Positions 11,650 to 25,784 of a stretch of 64,000 nt of DNA are shown piece after piece. The stretch covers positions 81,592,001 to 81,656,000 of the forward strand of contig OZ024744.1 in assembly GCA_964016885.1 (NCBI GenBank). The letters are read 5' to 3'. A model generated the notes under the pieces. It ran no database searches and was not told the origin of the DNA. It saw only the letters and a list, made by a program, of their open reading frames with translations. Position numbers and translations under genes: made by a program. Position 1 is the stretch's first letter; every line of letters begins with the position of its first letter. The stretch comes from Eledone cirrhosa (lineage: Eukaryota).

Positions 11650-14600
11650 AAAGAAAGAAATTTCAATGAAAGACGTCGCATCTCAGAGTTGCCACACTTA
11701 AGTCACACAGAGTTGGCACCCTGACAGGTAGATCTGGTGAGATAGTGGAAATGCTAGAGAGAAGGCATGTGGATGTGTGCTGTGTGCAAGAGGTGAGATG
11801 GAGAGGTGCCTCAGCAAGACCAATCACAGGCAAACATCTTAGTTATAAGCTTTTCTGGGTGGGTAATGATGATGGGTTAGGTGGGGTAGGCATTTTACTG
11901 GCTAAGAGGTGGATCAATAAGACAACAGAGGTGGTTAGAGTCAGTAACAGAATAATTAAGATTAGATTAGTTGTAGGCAAGAGACTGCTGACAATCATCT
12001 CTACCTATGTTCCCCAGGCGGGCCTAGGTAAAGAAGAGAAAGACTGCTTTTACGAGCAACTTCTAGAAACAATCACAATGACAGAGGACAGAGACCTAGT
12101 TATACTAGCAGGGGACTTCAATGGTCATGTTGGACAGCTTCAGGATGAATACACGGTTATGGCTCAAAAAATGAAGAAGGAGTGAAACTTCTTAAATTTT
12201 GTGATGCAAGTGAACTAACCATTTACAACACTAACTTCAAGACACCTACCAACCACCTAATAACCTTCCAATCAGGCGAGCACATAAGCCAGATTGACTT
12301 CTTGCTAGTTAGGCAACGAGACAGACAGATGGTGTAAAATACTAAGACATACCCCAGGGAAGAATGTACTCCCCAGCATAAGTTAGTCGTTAGTGACATC
12401 TCAATAAGCAAGAGACAAAATGAGACATACAGGAAGGTCTGGAAGCTAAAAGACCGTTCACTAAAATATAAATTTAGGAAAGCCCTTCAAGGTGTGTATG
12501 ACGAAAAAGAAGACGATTTAGAGTTGTATGACGTAGATGATAACTGGAATTTCTTACGTGACAACTTACTACAGGTTACTGAAGAAACTTGTGGTTGGAG
12601 CAGAACTCCGACCAGACAGAGAGTGACCTGGTGGTGGAACAGCATAGTAGATAGGGCCATTAGAGACAAAAGACTAGCATGGAAGGCTTGGGAAAATGGT
12701 GGGAGTAGAGACTGATACAGAGCCGCTAAAAGAGAAGCTAGACGTCAGGTGTACTTCGCACGCAGGAAAGCTGAGAGTAGGAGGTTTGCCAATGTTCTGC
12801 GACAAGAAGATCAGAGACGTGAGGTGTTCCGCATCGCAAGGCAGTATGTCAGTGTAAATCAGGATGTTAGAGATAAGTGTGTCCGAAATGATGCTGGTGT
12901 ACTTAGTGTCACTGATGCTTAGAAAAAGGAGGCTTGGAAATGTCATTATGAAAGACTGATGAATATTGAGAACAAATGGGAGAGAGAGAAACTACTCCCA
13001 GTAGACTCGACAAAGGGACCAGCTATTGAGATTGACGACTATAGGGTCTAAGAGGCAATGAAGGAAATGAAAAGTGGTAAGGCCGCTGGACCGTCGGGGA
13101 TAGTTGCTGAGATGCTGAAGGCATCAGGAGAAGTAGGATCTAAACTGGTTGCATGCATCATCAATCAAACTATATATGGCGGAGTCATACCCAAAAATTG
13201 GTGCAGCAGTATTCTTATAAATTGCTACAAAGGTAAAGGGGATGCTCTGGAGAGGAGCAATTATAGGGGCATGAAACTGATGGATCAGGATATGAAAGTG
13301 GCAGAAAGAATACTAGCACAACTAATTAGAGAAAGGGTCAAATTAGATGCGATGCAGTTTGGTTTTGTGCCTGGGAAAAGTACAACAGATGCTCTCTTAT
13401 TAGTGAGACAACTACAAGAGAGGTTCTTAGAGAAGAATAAGCCACTATACTTAGCTTTTGTTGACCCAGAGAAGGCCTTCAATAGAGTACCCCAATCTGT
13501 CATCTGGTGGTCCCTAAGGAAACTAGGTGTAGAGGAATGGCTTGTGAGGGCAGTGCAAGCTATGTACAGGGGTACTGTCAGTAAAGTGAGATAGGAATGG
13601 AGTGTACTGAGGGAATTCCAGATACAAGTAGGAGTGTATCAGAGTTCAGTCCTCAGCCTGTTCTTGTTCATTATATGCCTTCAAGCCATAACAGAAGAGT
13701 TTAAGACTGGATGCCCATGGGAACTTCTCTATGCTGATGATCTGGTTCTTATAGCAGAATCAGTAGAGGAGCTAGAGAATAAATTCTGGCTATGGAAAGA
13801 GCAGCTGGAATCAAGAGGACTGAGAGTGAACCTAGCTAAGACAAAAATGTTGATAAGTTGAAAAGAGGACAAAACTCTGATTCCATCAGGGAAATGGCCA
13901 TGTTCGATATGTAGGAAAGGAGTTGGCATAAATTCTATAAAATGTACACAATGCAGATCTTCGGTACACAAGAGATGTAGTGGGATAGCAGGCAAACTAA
14001 CAGGTAGGGAAAAATATGTATGCAGTAGATATACAGGGAAATTTGACAGTAGAAGTTGCAGTGATAGACACATTTTTAAAATGCAGGTAGGATCTAAGAG
14101 GTGGTTGACAGCTTCCGATACGTAGCTGATCAGATTAGTAAGGAGGAAGGAGCTCTGAGGCCATAGTATCTAGAATAAGGACAGGTTGGAAGAAGTTTAT
14201 GGAGCTGCTTCCTCTGTTGACAAAGAAGGGTTTCTCCCTGCGTACGAAAGGCCGGTTATATTATGCCTGTGTGAGATGCGTGATGCTGCATGGTAGTGAA
14301 TATGGGCAGCAACTGCAGAGGATATGCGATGGCTGGAGAGAAATGAAGCAAGCATGCTCAGATGGATGTGCAATGTGAATGTGCGTGAACGACTGAGTAT
14401 AGACGAGTTGAGAAAGAAACTGTGTATAAGAGGGATAGGCTGTAGTGTGCGGGAGAGAAGACTATGTTGGTATGGGCATGTGATGTACTTGGACGATGAC
14501 TGCTGGGTGAAAAAGTGCCAAGAAGTCCCAGTAGAAGGAAGACGCAGTTGAGGAAGACCACGAAAGAGATGGGCGGAGGTGGTGAGGGCTGAAGCTCATG

Positions 14601-14715
14601 GAGGAGATGACAAAGGACCGTCACGAATGGAGAGATGCTGTGCTGAATGATCCCTGTCCCATCCTTGCAAACAGGGAAAAGCGGATGTAAAATCATGATG
14701 ATAATGATGATGATA
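11650..14715 (+). mobile_element. RTE-clade LINE, near full-length but decayed (APE endonuclease + RT + PHD-like finger)
   Basis: APE motifs VCCVQEVRW, GDFNGHVG, QIDF and QHKLV; RT motifs NYRGMKL, FVDPEKAF and LLYADD; multiple stops and frameshifts; (gat)n tail. Confidence 0.92.
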
Positions 14716-14872
14716 TATATATCAAATTAAAAAACGGAGTTAAAGACTCGCGTTAATCCCCTATAATTTAATGAGCTCAAGAAATAGATTCTGGGCTATT
14801 TATAAGACAGTATATAAAGAAAAATACACATATCGCTTTTATATTTTTTCTTGTATACTGTCTTATATATAT

Positions 14873-15105
14873 ATATTGTTATACTTGGGGGGAGGGGGGG
14901 GGGGGGGGTCATATTGTTGTAATATTTGGTTTTCGCTTCTGTATCTTTTATATCTCCATAGTTAATTTATTTGGCAATCAATGTTTATCATTGATTGACC
15001 AGCGGTTAAAAATACAGAAAGAAATGTATATATATAGTCTATCAAAGTTCTTTCATTGCACATCTGCAACATTATCAGTGGTACTATTATGTTCCCTCCT
15101 ATATA
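14873..15105 (-). mobile_element. Solo pseudo-LTR fragment of the Penelope-like family at 39103-41997, with a degenerate hammerhead
   Basis: atattgttatacttgggg...atcaaagttctttcattgcacatctgcaac...cagtgg matches 39103-39360. Confidence 0.75.
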
Positions 15106-16692
15106 TAATCATCCTTTAATGTCTATTGTTCCTGCTAAGAAGTGTTAGATGAGCACTCAATGAGCGGACCTCTCAGATGGGCAAGGGGCCTGCATGTCGT
15201 TTACACATATTTCTGCACTCTACTGTGTGATCATACAGGCCAGGGGCCAGCATCACACTTACATACTTTCCTGCACTCTACCAAATGCATTTTATCAAGG
15301 CTTCAGTACTAGGGAAGCTGTCATCTCTTTGACATAACTGATGAGTCCTCCTGACTCTTTGTTTGGCATATTTTCTATGGTTGGATGCCTTTCCTATCAC
15401 CAATCACTTTACATAGTGTAGTGGGTCATTTATCAAGTAGATCACCTACACTAGGGAGGTTGTTGTCCCCTTGACACAACTAGAAAGTCCTCTTGACTCT
15501 TTTTTGGCATGGTTTCTATAGTGGGATGCCCTTCCTATTACCAACCACCTTACAGGATGTACTGGGTGCATTTTTCATGGCACTAGCACTAAATATCATT
15601 GACTTAACTGTAACACCCTCTCTACCCAATGAGTGAGGGAATAGGACCAGTAAGAAGGACAATAAATATGTCATGGGTGTATGACAAGTGTTGTGGGATT
15701 TGACCGGGTGATGAATACGAGAGGAGTGGGGACCTCTGATAGCATGTCTATAGTGTGATGATTAAAGTGTCAGGATTTTAAGGGGGTGGGTGTGTGATGC
15801 TGGATAGAGTGGGAGAGGAGTGACGATATAATAATGGTGAGAATAGCTATTATGGAGTAATACAGGAGGGGGCATGATTAGGGTGGGTGTGTACATATAT
15901 GTGTATGTGTGTTTGTGTTTATATTCTGTAACTTAGTGGTTTGACAAAAAAAAAAAGAAAAAGAAAAGGAGAGGTCGCTAAAATAAAATACCAAATTTGG
16001 AAAAAATAAGCACTGGGGTCAATATGATTGACTAAATCCCTTTAACGTGATGCCCTAGCATGCCCTCAGTCCAATAAATGAGATCATTAAAAGAATATAT
16101 TAATTATCTCATCACCATTTAGCCATGCGATTAGATCTAAGAACTTTTTCATGGCAGTGCCCCAGCATGGCCTCAGATCAATGACTGAAATCAGTGAAAG
16201 AATATGTTGATTGTGTCATCACCATTTAGCAATGTGATTAGATCTAAGTACTTTTTCATAAATCTTTCTTTATCATTCTATTATAACTATATCATTCTAT
16301 TATGACCATCAGCACTTTTTCATCTAGCATGCATCATTAATTTAATCTTTTTGATACCATCATGCCCAAAATTACCTCTGGGTCTACAAAATAAAGCCAC
16401 TCATTATAAAAGGTTCCCATTTAGATTAAAACCTTCCAACATAATCTTATATGGTATGTATGGTCCTGTAACTCCTGATGGAGTCACAGTGGCGCCATAA
16501 TGACATACGTTCTTACTTTGGCATTTTAAGCCTGGTGGATTTTAAGCCAGGCAGATTTCTTAGAGAGAAAGATAGAAATGACAGAGGATGAGAGAAAGAG
16601 ATATAGAAGAATCGACCCCTGGTACTAAATTGGTACTTTTAATTTTATATAAGAACCTTTAATTTTGCTACAAATACCAGTTTAATAAAGAA

Positions 16693-17875
16693 TTTTCAAC
16701 ATGCTGACGTGTAGGTATGTGTGTGCGTGTGTGTATGTGCATATATATACATTTATATGTATGGGTATATAAATATAAACACGCAAACACAGACTCACTC
16801 ACTTACAAAATTACACGCACATACACTCACACACAGTGTAGTAAATGGAACGCCAGCCGCTGTCTTGCTATAGTTTTTTTCTAAATTTTTCATTAACCTT
16901 TTAGTGATTATATCTCTAATAAAATGCAATCTACTTCAATTAATTAATGAAGCAATTTGGGGGGATTTACTAAAGTTACTGATTATTCTATTACTAAGAT
17001 AGTAACTTAACATATGGTTCTTATATATAATTATGTCAATTTAAATAGGAACTTTTTAAAATGAGTGGTTTTGTCTGGGTTAGTATCAAAGGAGTTAATT
17101 AGAAATAAGGTTGTATGCATGCATGGTCCTGTAACTCCTGAGGGAGTCATAGGGCCACTGTATTGACATAGGCATTTTTTTAAAAACATGGCAGAGCCCA
17201 TCCCTCTCCAGGTCTGAATACAGCAGATTTCTTCCAGAGAAAGATAGAAAGTGAGAGAGTGGAAGTGAGAAAGAGATTTAGAGGAAGAATTAACTCCAGT
17301 ACTTGACTGGTTCTTTTTTTTTTTATTGACCTTGAATGGATGAAAGGTAAAAATGACCTCGGCAGGATCTGAACTCAGAGAGCAGAGAGCTGAAATGAAT
17401 ACCACAAAGCATTCTATCCAATGTTCTAATGACTCTGCCAATTTGCCACCTAGACAGCAAATTATTCACCAGATATAAGGTTATTAAAGGGTTAAAGTAT
17501 ATGTAGTCATCTTTCTGGCATATGTTACTCTAAAACTTTTATATGCAATTATTTTCTCAGCCCATTTGTTCCTAAACCTTTAATTATAAATTAAAAACCT
17601 AATTAATCTATATGTAAATTTTGAGTGACTTCTGTCTGTCCACCCGTCACTCAATGTGTGTATGTAAAAAGAAGGAAGGGGATGGTGAAAAAAACTATAG
17701 CAAGACAGCGGCTGGCGTTCCATTTACTACACTGTGTGTGAGTGTATGTGCGTGTAATTTTGTAAGTGAGTGAGTCTGTGTTTGCGTGTTTATATTTATA
17801 TACCCATACATATAAATGTATATATATGCACATACACACACGCACACACATACCTACACGTCAGCATGTTGAAAA
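16693..17875. repeat. ~190-bp near-perfect inverted repeat pair (16693-16881 / 17687-17875) around a ~800 bp spacer containing a SINE
   Basis: ttttcaacatgctgacg...gtcttgctatagttttttt versus its reverse complement; no mismatch seen by eye. Confidence 0.9.
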
Positions 17876-18099
17876 AAAAATCCTAGTTCTTATATAAAAA
17901 TGCCGTAAATTCTCAGTATTTGCTGGCTGTTTCATTACTGGTGGAAAATATAAATATCATATACTACTAGACATTAGAGAGAAAAGAAATTGACAAAAGG
18001 AACAAAAAACAAAACTTTAGATATCCAGCTAGATATTGAGATAATGACAAATAAACTGACAGGTGATATACTTATTTAGTTATATAGCACCATCTAATG

Positions 18100-18970
18100 T
18101 AGAGGTTCTCAAACTTTTTGTTTGGGTCACTGCCCCCTCATGGTCATTTAATACCCTCAGCGCCCACCACCCTTATTTTGAGAGAGAACTGCCTACATGC
18201 AAATTGTAAATAATATATAATAAATAAATATTATATATTTTTTATTTCACTATATTTATATATAATAGTAGACCACCTGTGACTCTTTGGGTCACGTTCA
18301 CTTCAAAATATATATTAAAAATCATGTTCACTTAATCATGTTCAATTTTTAAATAATTAAAAGATATACACACATTTATATAATGTGAAGTGAAACTAGA
18401 AGGTCCATATATATATATATATACGTGTGTGTATGTATATATATATATAAATGTGTCTTTGAATACATATGTATATATGTATGCGTATATATATATATAT
18501 ATATATATATGTAGGTGTCTGTGATCTATATACACTGGTCATAAACACACACACTCATATATGTATATACAACAACCCCTTCTCTCTCTCTTTCTTTCTC
18601 TTCCATTCTCCTTCTCTCTCTCCCTCTATGTTTCTCTCTCACAACCACTATCTCTTTCTCTCTATCCATCTCTCTGTTTATGAAGGTACCCGGAAAAACC
18701 ACATATCTCGGGAACCTGTACTCCGATTTACGTGAAACTTGTTTTATTCCATTTGTATTCCCATTTCAGGGTCAACCTCCTTTCAAAGTATTTTCCCCTT
18801 ATGTTCCCTTTTGGCTGTATTACATAACAACAGACAAGCAAGCAAGCAATCACACACTTTTAGTATTATATAGATAGATGTATCATTTGATATTTAATAT
18901 ACTATTATACCATCTCCATCACTCCAACCCAACGCCCTCTGGACTTTCTGAATGCACCCCAGAACCTCTG
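18100..18970. mobile_element. hAT MITE carrying an internal repeat related to 34920-35530 and 36730-36880
   Basis: 8-bp TSD atctaatg on both sides; TIRs tagaggttct / agaacctctg. Confidence 0.7.
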
Positions 18971-19659
18971 ATCTAATGATAAATTACCTTTTAATATCAC
19001 ACAATCTAATGTGATACACTATCTAATGATATAATGCCAATTAGTATCATAAACCATCTAATGATATAATTGTTTCTACTTTTGGCACAAAGCCAGCAAT
19101 TATACCAGTGTATTACTGGTACTTTATTTTATCGACCCCATAAGGATGACCTCGGCAGGATTTGAACTCAGATTGTAAAGGCCCTAATGCCAATTAGTAT
19201 CATATACCATCTAACATCATATATCATCTAATGATATCATAAACCATCTAATAATATCATATACCATTTAATATCATATATTATCTAATGATATATATAC
19301 CATCCAATGATATATTACCTTTAATGATATCTTACCATCTAATGTGATCACTATCTACTGATATAAAGCCGTTTAGTGTCATATACCATCCAATGATATA
19401 TGTCATTTAATGATATAATACATCATCTAATGATATCATATGCTATCTTATGATATCATATACCAGCTAATGATACACACTCAGGTCTTGACTAATCATC
19501 CCCATCTCCCTGCTTATTAATTTTTCAGATTTTTTTATTTAACCAACCCTGGAATGATGAAAGGCAAAGTTGACCTCAGAATGTAGAAAGTTAAAAACTG
19601 TAAAGCATTTTGTTTTTATTGTGTTGTATCAGATGAAAGAATGGTATTTAACTAATGTA

Positions 19660-19870
19660 TTGGTATGCAATGAGGCCCACCCACAGCCCCGGTGGACAGA
19701 ATGGAGAAGGCATTTCCCCAGAGGACGGCGAGACGCGCTGGAAAAGCCACTCCAACTCGCGGGGCTGGCCAGCTCAGCGCCTATGGTGGTGAGTAAGGAG
19801 GTAGCCCTGGGACCGAGGACACCAGAAGTCTCCACTGTCAGGGGTATGACTGCAAACCTGTCGGAGAGAC
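19660..19870 (-). mobile_element. CRE-clade non-LTR retrotransposon 3' fragment (RLE C-terminus)
   Basis: FAVIPLTVETSGVLGPRATSLLTTIG followed by a frameshifted WLFQR..RGNA motif. Confidence 0.7.
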
Positions 19871-20204
19871 TCGCTATCACTTATGGCACATGGAGAATAA
19901 AATGTTGTCAGCCTGTGTCGTTCAAGATGTTTTTTTTTGTGGGGGCGAGATCTTACTGTGGTTCGCCTTTCCGATACATCAGGTGATGCGTGCAAGAGCA
20001 CTTGGTGATTCTAGTGCCTTAGACTTGCTATCACCTATGGCATTTTGTTTGATGCTCTACCGATCATGACAGAGTATCATATACCTAGCAGTCACCCAGC
20101 TTAAGGTTACAGGTGAAACCCTGGAAAGCAGCCAGGTGGATGTGTAATCTTTGCAAAAGAGACATCCATTAACCAACAGCTATACACACATTATACTAGG
20201 CAAA

Positions 20205-20905
20205 GGTCAATGGCTAGAATTCCCAAGTTCCCAAATTATATTACTGCTATCATCTATAGACCTGGAATGAGGTCAATGTCCAGGATCACTATGTTCCCCA
20301 AGTGTAATTACTGTTATAGACCTGGACAGAAGAACCTCACTGAGGTCAATGGCCAGGATCACTATGTTCCCCAAGTGTAATTACTGTTATAGACCTGGAC
20401 AGAAGAACCTCACTGAGGTCAATGGCCAGGATCACTATGTTCTCCAAGTGTAATTACTGTTATAGACCTGGACAGAAGAACCTCACTGAGGTCAATGGCC
20501 AAGATCACTATGTTCCCCAAGTGTAATTACTGTTATAGACCTGGACAGAGGAACCTCTCTGAGGTCAATGGCCAGGATCACCCAATTCCCCAAGTGTATT
20601 ACTGCTATAGACCTGGACAGAGGAACCTCTCTGAGGTCAATGACCAGGATCACCCAATTCCCCAAGTGTATTACTGCTATAGACCTGAACAGAGGAACCT
20701 CTGAGGTCAATAACCAGTATCACCAAGTTACCCAAGTGTATAATTGCTATAGACCTGGACAGAGGAACCTCTCTGAAGTCAATGGCCAGGATCACTCAAT
20801 TCCCCAAGTGTATTACTGCTATAGACCTGGAAAAAGGAACCTCTTGAGGTCAATGGCCAGGATCCCTTAGTTCCCAAAGTGTATTACTGCTATGTACCTG
20901 CTGAC
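20205..20905. repeat. Minisatellite, 72-73 bp unit, ~9 copies
   Basis: gaggtcaatggccaggatcac... recurs at 20342, 20415, 20488, 20561 and 20633. Confidence 0.92.
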
Positions 20906-23234
20906 CTTAGATATCATTAAGCCCCAGCAACTGTGCCACAATGGCAGAGATACTGCTGATCAAAGAAGTTCTAGTTGTGACCATCACCTCTTCACCCCGG
21001 ACTTCTAGGATTGCATGTGGTCTTTCATTGCATTTTAAAATGGTGGGGTGCAATTCAAGGAAGCTTTGGATAATGTACTAATTTCTTTTTTTTACATAAA
21101 GTAAAAGAAGAAATAAAAGGAAAAGTTTAAGAAGGGTGGGCATTATAATGTATGAGATATAATTAAGTTTGTTGATAAAAGTATTGAAATAAGTGTATGG
21201 AGAATAAATTGTTGTCAGCCTATGGGGATCTTATTATAAGTTGTCTGTTTTACTGACACATCAAGTAATCCTTTCAAAGGTGCTTGGTGATTCTAGCGTC
21301 TTAGACTCGCTATCACTTATGGCACATGGAGAATAAAATGTTGTCAGCTTCTGTGATTCAAAATGTTTGGGGGTAATTTTATTATTTGTAGTTTGTCATA
21401 CCGACATATCAGATGATGCATGCAAAGGGTGCTTGGTGATTCCAGAATCTTAGACTCGCTATCACCCACGGCAATGCTGCAAGTGTGTGCGTTGGCTTGC
21501 CTTAAAAATTATTAGAGAGACACTTTAGCGCTCCTTGTGACATGTGATTAAGTGTGTGGTTCTTCTCCCTCCCTTTCCTTTTTTTTGGTACTTATATCTG
21601 CATAGTCTTATTCATTATATATAACTTGTATATTTTTTACTAACACCTAAAACAAAACTGTGTAACCCCCCGCCATTAATTGATAACATTTATATCTCAT
21701 GTTTTTTTAAAATTAAATATTAGATGGATGATGTTGCCTCATCGTGCCTGTGGATAGAATTGCTATGGTATTACCCCAGAGGATAGCAAGGCAGATGTGC
21801 TGAAAGATAATATTTTTTTGATGCTATCTTTATATATAATGTGTATGCATACATATATATATACATACACACATACATATATGTGTGTATGTATATACAT
21901 ATTTATAACATAAAGGGCATCATCAGCAATGTAGCTTTTTATTTACGATAAGGGGTATCACTGAGAACAGATCTTAGTTGAACATACAAAATTAGATTTC
22001 GTTTGATTCAATTCCCATATTATATCTATGCATATACTGTCTGTCCCTCTCTCTCTATATGTATATATAAATATAAACACACACGGGCCAACAATGAAAT
22101 CCTAACATCACCTCTAAACCCAACTAACCCTACCCTAACGTGTATGTACACGTTAAGAATCTGGTAAATCCGAAAGGTATTTTTCTTTCTTTCAGAGGAA
22201 ATCTATTGTCAATGATATCCCATAAGTGTTAAGACAGGAAAACAAACTTCACAGTAGAATACATTAGAACAAACATAAGTCGTTTACTAAATTATAATGT
22301 TCGATAAAGAGTATGAGGGAGGTGGTGATATTCGTTTTATTATAGCGATGTCGATGTAAATCTTTACATTTGCCACGAACTTTTAGAATTACGTACGGTA
22401 ATAAATATAAAACAAATGAATAAACGGAAAGCTATTACATTCACACCTTTTCAAAAGCATTAATTAAACATGATCAAGATGTGACCTCTGGTAGTTGAGT
22501 TTTTTTTGGTTTACACCCAACATTAAATAAATGTGGCAAAATGCAATGTGATATTTACAATACAATGGATTATGTTAAATGCTAGTAATGGTAGAAATAG
22601 AAATAAAATATTAATATCTCACCTACTAAACTAATAGTCAAGAAAGCAATCGTCCTGCACCGAACATTTAATAAGAAAGTCTGTTTTAAAATGTTTTGTT
22701 GATCAACTACTGTAACAGGAAGTTGTTGCTTAATAATCTTCCCTTTGACAAACTTCTTTTCGATATTAAACTTCTTTCAATTTATTCATAATTATCTCCC
22801 TTGACGTTGTCTTATAATCTCCCTTCAGTAACTAAAATAAATTTCATTGAAAACCACGAGCAAGATAGTGTGGTTTTGTAATAGCAAAAAAAACAAAAAC
22901 AAAATAACACTTTCCCGAAAAAACAGTATTTATATCTAACCATCATATTCAAACATATTTAAATTTGTGAGCTTTAGCGATTAGATTTGTGTCAGTCAAT
23001 TATAAACACAAGGGAGATAAATCTTGATATGTTTGTGCAAATTTTGTTATATTTCATTTTATTAAGGCATAACCGACAAAATAATATTACAAATAGAAAG
23101 AAGAAAAAATGAAAGAAAAAGGAAAAAAAGAAAGAGAAAAGAAAACACACATAAGTAGGTAATGCACACAACTAGAACCATATACAGCAAAAGCCAGAGC
23201 AAAGATAACGAGGAGTACTGAGACACCCCTCTAA

Positions 23235-23610
23235 TAATTTTTTAGGCAAGCCAGCACGCTCGCAGCATTACGTCGGCTGATGCGATAGAACAACCAAGCA
23301 GTCTCACGACATCACCAATTACCTCTGTTAGGTGAGCCGCCAGTGAAAATAAAAACCTCGCAGTCAGTAGCACGATTCACCCAAACGTCTCCAAAGCCAC
23401 AGGCTGAAAGATGTAGTTAGCCGACAGATCACGGTATTTTAGGATTTTTCTCCGTTCGGCTGCGGAAGCTGTGGTTGTCGCCATAACCGCAGTATCCAGG
23501 ATGTGGGAAGAAGCAAAAGAGTTACTAACTGTGACGTCCCAGATAAGGCACCTGCCTCTTAACCAGGAATACAAGTTAAGACCACAATTCTGGACAACCC
23601 AGACGGTTCA
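23235..23610 (-). mobile_element. CRE-clade retrotransposon fragment (restriction-like endonuclease)
   Basis: GRCLIWDVTVSNSFASSH...AAERRKILKYRDL...FQPVALETFG. Confidence 0.78.
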
Positions 23611-24344
23611 TTTTGAGATTTAGTTTAACATAATAAGCATTCATTCATTCATCATATATTTTCTTTTGCATTGTTATAGTCCCTTACAGGAGAGAAACGT
23701 AAGTAAATACTGTAGCTTCTGTCACACACACACACATGCTCTCTCTCTCTCTCTCTCTCACATACACACACACAATTACACATACTGGGCTTCATTAGCT
23801 ACGAAAACGAATCACTACATTTGGCCTAAAAGATAAGATGAACGGTGCACTTGATCCATTGAGGTGGATGGAGACGTCACGCTAGGAGTCATAACATCAG
23901 ACTCATCAAATTTCATGCTGTTCTGATGTGTTGACTTGGACGGAGTCACGTCATCAGACTCACCAAAGATTCTTGTTATGCAAGAGTTTCGTCGCGTCTA
24001 CACCGGTAGGTGGCCACTAGTAGCTCTGGTGTCGCTGCGGCGGACGGGGCCGAAACATCTACTGAGTTACTTCACTACCTGTCGATACATCGACTCCTGA
24101 ATTCGGAGACGGCGTACAGTAGCGCCCTCAGAACACACACACTACACACGCAGGCGCTCACAGACGCACTCACACACACGCAGACACAGACACAGACAGA
24201 CACACTCACACACACACGCAGACACAGACAGACAGACACACACACGCAGACACAGACAGACAGACAGACACACACACACACTGCTTCTTCCCATACATAA
24301 AGTACTACCCTGATTTTGTGGTCGCCTCTGTCTAGGCACCACAG

Positions 24345-24530
24345 ATGGATTGGCAGTATCGGTAGCGTCGGACACCGTGCTTTGCAGCATAGAGTTACGC
24401 CCCTTTATTGACTGAGTTCAAATCCCGCCAAGGTTAACTTTGCCTTTCATCCTTACGGGGTCGATAAAATAAAGTACCAGTAATACACTGATTTAATTGC
24501 TGGCCTTGTGCCAAAAGTCGAAACAATTAT
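24345..24530 (+). mobile_element. MetaSINE-type SINE
   Basis: tRNA-like head, tttgcctttcatccttacggggtcgataaaataaagtaccag body and ggccttgtgcc tail. Confidence 0.8.
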
Positions 24531-24615
24531 ATATCTTAGCTCCGTCGGCTGGGCACTAATTCCAACCCTTATCCACATACCCAGTAATCGCTTAGCTACT
24601 ATATATATATACATA

Positions 24616-24692
<77 letters not shown>

Positions 24693-24727
24693 GAAAATAT
24701 AGAAATTATTGTGAGCAAGAAGCCGGC

Positions 24728-25144
24728 ATACGTCAAACCGGCCGGTCTCAAAAGTGAAACTAATTTTTGACAGTTACGTACACGTTATAAGAGTTATTTA
24801 AATTTATATATATAAAATAAAGGAGCAAATAAGAGCATGATATGAAGTCAGTCATGTGTGTGTGTATATATGTGTGTGTAAACGAATGTAAAAGTACACA
24901 CATATACACTTATATATGCACATGTGTGTGTGTAAAATTCTAGGAAACCTTATCTATGCCCTACATATATTCTTTTACGTTCGTTTACACACACACACAT
25001 ATATATACACACACACATGACTGACTTCATATCATGCTCTTATTTGCTCCTTTATTTTATATATATAAATTTAAATAACTCTTATAACGTGTACGTAACT
25101 GTCAAAAATTAGTTTCACTTTTGAGACCGGCCGTTTTGACGTAT
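24728..25144. repeat. Hairpin with ~170-bp inverted arms (24728-24894 / 24972-25144)
   Basis: tacgtcaaaccggccggtctcaaaagtg...aaacgaatgtaaaag versus its reverse complement; adjacent to (TA)n. Confidence 0.9.
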
Positions 25145-25530
25145 ACCCAAGAAGCCAACAGTATTTCATAATATATAAGTGACTATAACGTCAAAATGGA
25201 AAATAATTAACGTAAGATATATATATACATATATACATTTATATATATATAAACGGAAAAAATGAAACGAAATTTCATTTCCCACTCTTAGTACGGCTAT
25301 TACTTAAATATAAGTATGTATACGTACATACATATATGTATACAGACGTACAGTAGTATGTATATATATATATACACTACGGCTTAATACGGGATGTTTG
25401 TTTACAAACACACCGAGCATTATAATAAATGTTCGGTGAATCCATACGTACATATATATGTGTGCATGTATGTATATATATATACATACTACTGTACGTC
25501 TGTATACATATATGTATGTACGTATACATA

Positions 25531-25622
<92 letters not shown>

Positions 25623-25784
25623 TACATTTATTTTGTTTTGACCTGTTTAGCTTGATTTGCTCTTTGGTTTAGGTGGTTGATGCTTTCTTGACCAGTATAT
25701 TAGTTTTGTATGGCGTCTTGACATATTGTTTAGCTCTGTTTTTTTTTAAACTATGGGGCGCTTGCTAGCATTATTTCTGATTAG

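Noticed and set aside
20205-20905. CRISPR array or repeat-protein ORFs
   Set aside because: Units repeat in full with no spacers, and the 73-bp period breaks the reading frame.
22110-22140. Telomere-like ctaaccct motifs
   Set aside because: Only two or three degenerate units, too short to call.
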